Positions 58,244 through 64,000 of a stretch of DNA of 64,000 nucleotides are shown here, piece after piece. A program made the translations under genes and the position numbers. The stretch spans positions 13,392 through 77,391 of the forward strand of contig CAZENT010000004.1 of NCBI GenBank assembly GCA_964513845.1, given 5' to 3'. The notes under the pieces were generated by a model, which worked only from the letters and a program-made list of their open reading frames with translations, was not told the origin of the DNA and ran no database searches. Source of the DNA: an uncultured Pseudomonadales bacterium. Lineage in GTDB: Bacteria; Patescibacteriota; Microgenomatia; UBA1400; MFAQ01. The number at the start of each line of letters is the position of its first letter. The stretch's first letter is position 1.

Positions 58244-59891
58244 ACAGACATTTTTACTTGTTTTGGTTTTGTTGCTAGCTTTGTTTTTAAGGCTTTATCA
58301 GCTAGACAAAATACCCGCATCGCTTTTTGGCGACGAAATGGATGTTAGTTATCAAGCCTGGTCACTGGGAACCACGGGTAGAGACTACATGGGCAATCTC
58401 TTACCAACCTTTCTTCATAGTTTTTCAGAATGGCGCACTCCATTGCTCTCATATATCCTTTCTCCCCTTATGGCCATCTTTGGCCCTTCAACTCTTTCTG
58501 TTCGTATTCCGACCGCTCTCCTGGGAGTCTTGAATATTTATCTAATCTATCTTTTTTTTCAAAAGTTATTACCCAAATACAAGCAGTTCTCAATTCTCGC
58601 CGCTTTTATTCTTTGTATTTCCCCCTGGCATATTCATTTTTCCAGGATTGCCTTCGACTCAACTCTTCTCTTAAATCTCTATTTGCTCGGGACGATCTTA
58701 CTTCTTGATGGCAAATTCGCTCTTTCTTTGCCCGTATTAATTCTGACTTTATACACCTACCCAACTGCCAATATTTTTACTCCACTATTAATTGTTGCTT
58801 CATATTTAATTTTCCGTCCAGCCATAAATTTTAAAAAGCATTTATTTGTCTATCTTTTATCTTTTGCGTTAATCATTCCCATTTCGGTCAATATTTTCAC
58901 TGGCTCAGCCTCAGGTAGATTTAGTGGCATTAGTATTTTTGCAGATACCAAATTAACCGACTCAATCGTCACCGCTCGTACCGAATCTTGGGTAGTGGGA
59001 AACAAAATAGAGCCAATTTTCCACAACAAGCCGATTGCATATCTAAACACCTTCGTCAACCAGTATGTCTCCGCTTTTTCTACAAACTTCTTGTTTGTTA
59101 GTGGTGATCCAAATTTTAGACACTCAATAGGGGAGTTCGGAGAGTTCTATATATTCTTTGCTCCATTGTTATTTATTGGTTTTTTCTCTTTATTATCTCG
59201 GCTAGGTGACCCCAAGGCACGTTTCATATTAGCGTGGCTGATACTTGCTCCGGTTCCATCTGCCCTTACTCAAGGAGGGGGATCACACGCCATCAGATTA
59301 ATTATTTTGCTTCCAGCGCTGGTTACTCTTTTTACCCTAGCACTGGTCGATATCACTGACTTCCTAAAAAAATCCAATTATAAAAAAATATTTATTCTTT
59401 CCTTCATATTTTTGTCATTACTGGCCACAACATTTTACTGGCATCGCTACTCCAGTCACTATCGCTATTTATCACAAAGACACTGGCAATATGGCTATGA
59501 AACAGTCATGACCAACCTTCCCAGAATGGAAGAAACAAACAGGTTGTTTATCAACAATACATACGAACCATCACTATTAAAATATTTGTACTATTCCAAG
59601 TTTCCTCCCAAAGAGTTCCAAAAAATATTTGTTGACGACATAACTAAAACTTCGATAGTTCCAGGTTTTGATGGTTTTCGCTTGGGCGACAATATCTTCT
59701 TTGGCTCAATTCAGCCAGGTGTGTATTTAGACACCCTGCTTCAATCAGGAGATATGTATATTGCTTCTCAAAGAAAAGAAATTCCAGGAGATCAAGACTG
59801 GTCAAAGAATCCACCGTTGACCATTAGTGTTGTAAGTATTTCATACGATACTTATGGTGTGCCTTTGTTCACCGTTATCAAGCGGAAATGA
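58230..59891 (+). CDS. GT-C membrane glycosyltransferase, ArnT/PMT-like (subfamily A2), tandem copy 1
   Basis: FGDEMDVSYQAWSLGTTGRD...EWRTPLLSY first-loop motif of ArnT/PMT family. Confidence 0.7.
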   Translation: MKITKQTFLLVLVLLLALFLRLYQLDKIPASLFGDEMDVSYQAWSLGTTGRDYMGNLLPTFLHSFSEWRTPLLSYILSPLMAIFGPSTLSVRIPTALLGVLNIYLIYLFFQKLLPKYKQFSILAAFILCISPWHIHFSRIAFDSTLLLNLYLLGTILLLDGKFALSLPVLILTLYTYPTANIFTPLLIVASYLIFRPAINFKKHLFVYLLSFALIIPISVNIFTGSASGRFSGISIFADTKLTDSIVTARTESWVVGNKIEPIFHNKPIAYLNTFVNQYVSAFSTNFLFVSGDPNFRHSIGEFGEFYIFFAPLLFIGFFSLLSRLGDPKARFILAWLILAPVPSALTQGGGSHAIRLIILLPALVTLFTLALVDITDFLKKSNYKKIFILSFIFLSLLATTFYWHRYSSHYRYLSQRHWQYGYETVMTNLPRMEETNRLFINNTYEPSLLKYLYYSKFPPKEFQKIFVDDITKTSIVPGFDGFRLGDNIFFGSIQPGVYLDTLLQSGDMYIASQRKEIPGDQDWSKNPPLTISVVSISYDTYGVPLFTVIKRK

Positions 59892-59914
59892 ATAACTAAC
59901 ATATAATTATCTCA

Positions 59915-61567
59915 ATGCGTAAGTGGCTACCTCTCATTCTCATCACTCTACTCGCCGGAATTCTCCGATTTACTGCTTTGGGAACAATGCCTCCTTCTCC
60001 CAACTGGGATGAAGTAAGTCATGGCTACAATGCCTACTCAGTTCTCCAAACTGGCAAGGATGAATGGGGCAAAAGCTTTCCTATTATTTTCAGGGCGTTT
60101 GGAGACTACAAGCTGCCTCTCTATATTTATCTTTCCACCATCCCTGTCGCCATCTTTGGTCTGAGTGTTTTTTCTGTCCGCTTTATTTCTGCTCTTGCTG
60201 GCACTCTAGCTATTCCCGGTATTTATTTTCTCATTTCTGTTCTTTTCCCCGGGAAACATCTCACCATCAAAAACAAAAAAATTGGTTTAGGACTACTCGC
60301 CGCTCTGTTTCTCGCCATCCTTCCTTGGCATTTCTTTTTAAGTCGTCCGGCACTAGAGGCCAATCTGGCTCTCACTCTCATAATTTTTGGCTCATATTAT
60401 TTAATCAAATTAAGATATCTGCCAGCATCAATTCTTTTTAGTTTGTCTTTACACACTTACAATACCGAAAGAGTTTTTGTCCCAGCGATACTACTATTTT
60501 TCTTTTTAATCTTCCGCCCCAAGATTATTTTCAAATTAACTACCCTGATCGCAACTATATTTCTTTCTCTCTCGGTAATCCTTGTGGGCTTCGAAGTTCT
60601 AACAGGTGTCGGAACCGCTCGTTATGACAAGCTAAAAATCTTGTCTCCCAGTGTCGTCTTCCAGATAGGGCAGAAGCGAACACTAAGCACTCTTCCCAAA
60701 CCCCTTCCAACACTTCTTTATAATCGCCCTCTTTATTTTGTAAAAAATATTTTTGTTAATTATTTAGAATATTTCTCACCCAAGTTTATTCTTCAACAAA
60801 AAGGTTCACACTCTCAGTTTGCAATTCCCAATCACAATTTATTTACTTGGCCGATACTGATTCTCGCCATTTTTGGGATAGGGTACTGTGTCCTTCACCT
60901 AAAAGAAAAAGGTTCTCAGTTTCTCTTGGCCTGGCTCTTTTTATCCCCCCTTGCCGCTTCACTTACCACCGATCCTCCTCAAGCCATCAGGCCGAACCCC
61001 ATGATTCCAGCCATTGTTTGTTTGTCTGTTTTAGGGTTTTTCTACCTCACCAATAAGTACTCAAAATTCGTTCTTCATTTATGTTTATTATTTATCGGCG
61101 CCATTATTATCTCTTTTGGTTTATATCAAAAAGATTATTACACCACCTATGCCAAAGAATACTCCGCTTCATGGCAGTATGGTTACGAACAAGTTTTTCA
61201 ATACATAAAAGAAAATCAAAATAAATATAAAAATATTTTCATCACCAAAAAGTATGGCGAACCCCACATTTTTTACGCTTTCTTTAATAAATTAAATCCG
61301 GCCTTAGTCCAACCGGGGGACAATAATATCCGTTTTAATCAATCTGATTGGTTTTGGACAGACAAAATTGCAAATGTCTATTTCGTTAACGACTGGGATA
61401 TCCCGGACACGGATGTATATCAGTTAAAACTTGAAAGTGGTTCGACGATTTCCACCACCAATGGTCTTTTGATCAGCTCAGATCACGCTCCCAAAAACGC
61501 CAACGTTCAGAAAACGATATTCTTCCTAGACGGAAAAACAGCTTTTACAATAATCGCGCTACCATGA
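59915..61567 (+). CDS. GT-C membrane glycosyltransferase, ArnT/PMT-like (subfamily A2), tandem copy 2
   Basis: NWDEVSHGYNAYSVLQTGKDEWG...FGDYKLPLYIY. Confidence 0.7.
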   Translation: MRKWLPLILITLLAGILRFTALGTMPPSPNWDEVSHGYNAYSVLQTGKDEWGKSFPIIFRAFGDYKLPLYIYLSTIPVAIFGLSVFSVRFISALAGTLAIPGIYFLISVLFPGKHLTIKNKKIGLGLLAALFLAILPWHFFLSRPALEANLALTLIIFGSYYLIKLRYLPASILFSLSLHTYNTERVFVPAILLFFFLIFRPKIIFKLTTLIATIFLSLSVILVGFEVLTGVGTARYDKLKILSPSVVFQIGQKRTLSTLPKPLPTLLYNRPLYFVKNIFVNYLEYFSPKFILQQKGSHSQFAIPNHNLFTWPILILAIFGIGYCVLHLKEKGSQFLLAWLFLSPLAASLTTDPPQAIRPNPMIPAIVCLSVLGFFYLTNKYSKFVLHLCLLFIGAIIISFGLYQKDYYTTYAKEYSASWQYGYEQVFQYIKENQNKYKNIFITKKYGEPHIFYAFFNKLNPALVQPGDNNIRFNQSDWFWTDKIANVYFVNDWDIPDTDVYQLKLESGSTISTTNGLLISSDHAPKNANVQKTIFFLDGKTAFTIIALP

Positions 61568-63213
61568 AAAAATACTGGATATTAATCAGCATTCTATTAC
61601 TCGCCACCTTTTTAAGATTTTACTCACTAGATAAATTTCCCATCGGGCTAAATGCAGACGAAGCCGCTCTTGGATACAATGCTTACTCGCTTTTAGAAAC
61701 CGGCAAAGATGAACATGGTGTGGCTTGGCCATTAGTTTTTCGCTCTTTCGACGATTACAAGCCTCCGCTTTATGTCTATCTCGCCATTCCGTTTGTCAAA
61801 GTACTTGGCTTAAATGTTTGGGCTGTTCGTCTTCCTTCAGCTATTGCAGGAGTGCTCACTGTTCTCCTTGTCTATCCTTTAGTCAATGCTCTAAAAATCT
61901 TTACGGAAAAGAAAAAAAATAAAACGTTGGCTCTTGTTTCTGCCTTTTTACTCGCTGTATCTCCTTGGCATCTTCATTTTTCCAGGGGCGCATGGGAAGT
62001 AAATGTCAGCACGTTTTTACTTGTCTTAGGAGTTTATGGCTTTGTCCTCGGGTTAAAAAACTCAAAGTTCTATTCTCTTTTTAGTATATCTTTTGCTTTA
62101 AGTCTATTTACCTATCACTCAGCTCGCATTATTGCGCCATTACTGGTTGTTGCCCTGGTGCTAATTTATCGCCGTACACTATTTAATAAAGAAAATCTCA
62201 AAGGTTTTATTATTGCCTCGATTTTAGGTCTTGCTCTTTCTCTTCCAGTTGTTCTTCAACTTACCTCCAAAGAAGGTCAGTCAAGATTTTCCGGAGTGTC
62301 CATTTTTGCCGATACCGGCCCATTGTCTTACGTACTGGAACAACGTCGTATCGATCCTCATCCTGATTCTTTGATAACCAAAATCAAATTCAATCGTTAC
62401 ACTGCCTATGCTGGTTATTACGCTAGAAATTATTTATCTCATTTCAGCCCCAACTTTCTCTTTATCTCAGGAGACGTCATCGATCGAAGTCGTGTTCCGG
62501 GATTTGGTCAAACCTACTCAGTTCTTTCTCTCTTTTTAATTATCGGCTTCGTTGCGTTATTGGTCAAAAGTTCTTTAGGTGGAAAAGTTGTTCTAGCCTG
62601 GTTTCTTTTGGCACCTGCCGCCGCCGCTCTTACTTTCCAGTCTCCTCACGCCCTTCGTTCTCAGAACGAAGTCATTTCGCTTAGCATTATTTCTGCTTAT
62701 GGCCTAATTCTGGTCGCAACCGTATTTTATAAATTAAAAAACAGAATCTTGCCCTCGATATTATTGTTTGGTTACATTTTTGTTTTTGCTTTTCAAATCA
62801 AAAACTATCTTCACTCATATTATCTGACTTACCCGAACGAACTCCCCATTGCTTGGCAGTACGGGTTCGACCAAATCGCCAGTTACACCAAAAACAATTA
62901 CAGCAAATATGACTACATCATTATTTCTGATCGCTACGATCAGCCTTACATTCTCATCGCCTTTTTCCAAAAATATCCACCCCAATCTTTGCAAAAAGAG
63001 CTTGTCATGGGTCCAATCGATAACTTTGGTTTTTCAACAGGGAGAAAATTAGGCAAATACCAGTTTAGAAAAATTATTTACGACAAAGACAAAAAACTTC
63101 CCAACACCCTTCTTATTTCAGCAGACGAAAAAGTAGACGACACCAAGGTGATCAAAACCATCGCGTCTCCCGACGGTACTATCCTTTTCAAATTTATCTA
63201 TACAAATAAATAA
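61564..63213 (+). CDS. GT-C membrane glycosyltransferase, ArnT/PMT-like (subfamily A2), tandem copy 3
   Basis: NADEAALGYNAYSLLETGKDEHG...FDDYKPPLYVY. Colinear with the two upstream copies. Confidence 0.7.
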   Translation: MKKYWILISILLLATFLRFYSLDKFPIGLNADEAALGYNAYSLLETGKDEHGVAWPLVFRSFDDYKPPLYVYLAIPFVKVLGLNVWAVRLPSAIAGVLTVLLVYPLVNALKIFTEKKKNKTLALVSAFLLAVSPWHLHFSRGAWEVNVSTFLLVLGVYGFVLGLKNSKFYSLFSISFALSLFTYHSARIIAPLLVVALVLIYRRTLFNKENLKGFIIASILGLALSLPVVLQLTSKEGQSRFSGVSIFADTGPLSYVLEQRRIDPHPDSLITKIKFNRYTAYAGYYARNYLSHFSPNFLFISGDVIDRSRVPGFGQTYSVLSLFLIIGFVALLVKSSLGGKVVLAWFLLAPAAAALTFQSPHALRSQNEVISLSIISAYGLILVATVFYKLKNRILPSILLFGYIFVFAFQIKNYLHSYYLTYPNELPIAWQYGFDQIASYTKNNYSKYDYIIISDRYDQPYILIAFFQKYPPQSLQKELVMGPIDNFGFSTGRKLGKYQFRKIIYDKDKKLPNTLLISADEKVDDTKVIKTIASPDGTILFKFIYTNK

Positions 63214-64000
63214 ATGACTCGATTTTTTGCCAATAAAACCGTTCGAATTATTCTTGCCATTACCTTAGTTTCCGTTTTCTTTTATTTATTTCGGCTCCAA
63301 GATACCCAGCTATTTATCAACGACACTTCAAGGGACACTCTGCGAGCCCTGCGCATCTGGCAGGGGAGAGAAACCACTCTAATTGGAGCCTCTGCTTCTT
63401 TTAGTGAAAAAACGATTAAAGAAATTTATTTCGGCTCCCTTTATCTTTACACTGCGATTGCTGGTATGTTTTTCTCAGAGTTCAGTCCGCTCGGTGCAGT
63501 CTACCCGAACACTATTTTTTACACTCTCTCGATTCCTGTTTTCTATCTTCTTGCTCAGCGTTACTCAAACAAAAAATTCTTTACCATCTTTTCCACGCTT
63601 CTCTACGCTCTTTCACCGATTACGGTTACCCACGCTCGATTTTTCTGGAATCCAAATTTACTCATTCCGCTATCTGTCTTTTTTTGGTACCTAGCTCTTT
63701 CACCAGCCAATTCGAAACATTTTTCACTTAAGTTATTATCTTCCGGAATTCTAGCGGGAATAATGTTTAATTTTCATTATTTTTCTATTATTCCGGTCGC
63801 TTTTTTCTGCCTATATTTGCTCTTATCCAAAAAATTTGATCACTTACTTTATCTCGCTTTTGGCTTTTTCCTTGGCAGTTTCCCCTTAATTCTTTTTGAA
63901 CTAAAAAACAACTTTTATCTCTCAAGTGCCTTTATCTACAATTTCAGTCAGGGAATTAAAGGAATTTCTCACCCGTTCATTTTCTATGTTGATTCATTTT
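63214..64000 (+). CDS. GT-C membrane glycosyltransferase, ArnT/PMT_2-like (subfamily A1), 5' partial (runs off window end)
   Basis: ATG at 63214 directly after previous stop. TSRDTLRALRI, ARFFWNPNLLIPL block matches the 28365/47912 proteins. No stop before 64000. Confidence 0.6.
   Translation, partial: MTRFFANKTVRIILAITLVSVFFYLFRLQDTQLFINDTSRDTLRALRIWQGRETTLIGASASFSEKTIKEIYFGSLYLYTAIAGMFFSEFSPLGAVYPNTIFYTLSIPVFYLLAQRYSNKKFFTIFSTLLYALSPITVTHARFFWNPNLLIPLSVFFWYLALSPANSKHFSLKLLSSGILAGIMFNFHYFSIIPVAFFCLYLLLSKKFDHLLYLAFGFFLGSFPLILFELKNNFYLSSAFIYNFSQGIKGISHPFIFYVDSF

Noticed and set aside
60064-60441. 125-aa alternative-frame ORF inside the ArnT-like gene at 59915..61567
   Set aside because: Embedded in a long conserved membrane-protein ORF in a different frame. 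Cys/Ser/His-rich nonsense composition.
1-64000. UGA-recoded genetic code (code 25) typical of some Patescibacteria
   Set aside because: TGA terminates several well-defined genes, and an RF2 (which reads UGA) is encoded.

Overview
Gene-dense, low-GC segment with almost no intergenic space and many ATGA/overlapping gene junctions. The gene content resembles a Candidate Phyla Radiation (Patescibacteria)-like genome; that assignment is inference. TGA is used as a stop codon and an RF2 gene is present, so the genetic code appears standard.

Left part (1-24 kb): housekeeping and envelope genes. These are a MacA/MacB-type efflux pair, prfB, an ftsE-ftsX-M23/EnvC-like module, a lamin-tail-domain surface protein, VanZ, tsaE and a truncated tsaB. 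A surface/adhesin module follows: a 1983-aa Cys-repeat protein ending in LPATG, then an FN3-like surface protein, then a sortase. Next come a CAP-domain protein, rmlA-rmlB-rmlD (dTDP-rhamnose), a SurA-like chaperone, a SagB-type nitroreductase-like protein and trmD (minus strand).

Right part (24-64 kb): a ~40 kb glycosylation super-locus. It holds about 17 polytopic membrane proteins of the GT-C glycosyltransferase superfamily. These fall into recognisable families: ArnT/PMT-like (subfamilies A1 and A2), a tandem trio with an HDD...GQIPCRW N-terminal motif, a family with a GHDxxxHLSL motif, two GT87/DUF2029-like proteins and one YfhO-like protein. Interleaved with them are 8 GT2 genes (including a DPM1-GtrA fusion), one GT4 gene, a Wzx-type flippase and oligoribonuclease. 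A DUF3800 gene with its own terminator sits inside this locus.

Non-coding observations:
- A hairpin + TATATAAA motif is conserved three times in intergenic DNA.
- A ~145-nt nested imperfect palindrome lies in the trmD/CDGSH intergenic region (a 6S-RNA-like or MITE-like candidate).
- The giant adhesin gene contains near-identical 96-nt tandem repeats.
- No tRNA, rRNA or CRISPR array was recognised.

None of the family assignments could be confirmed by a search.
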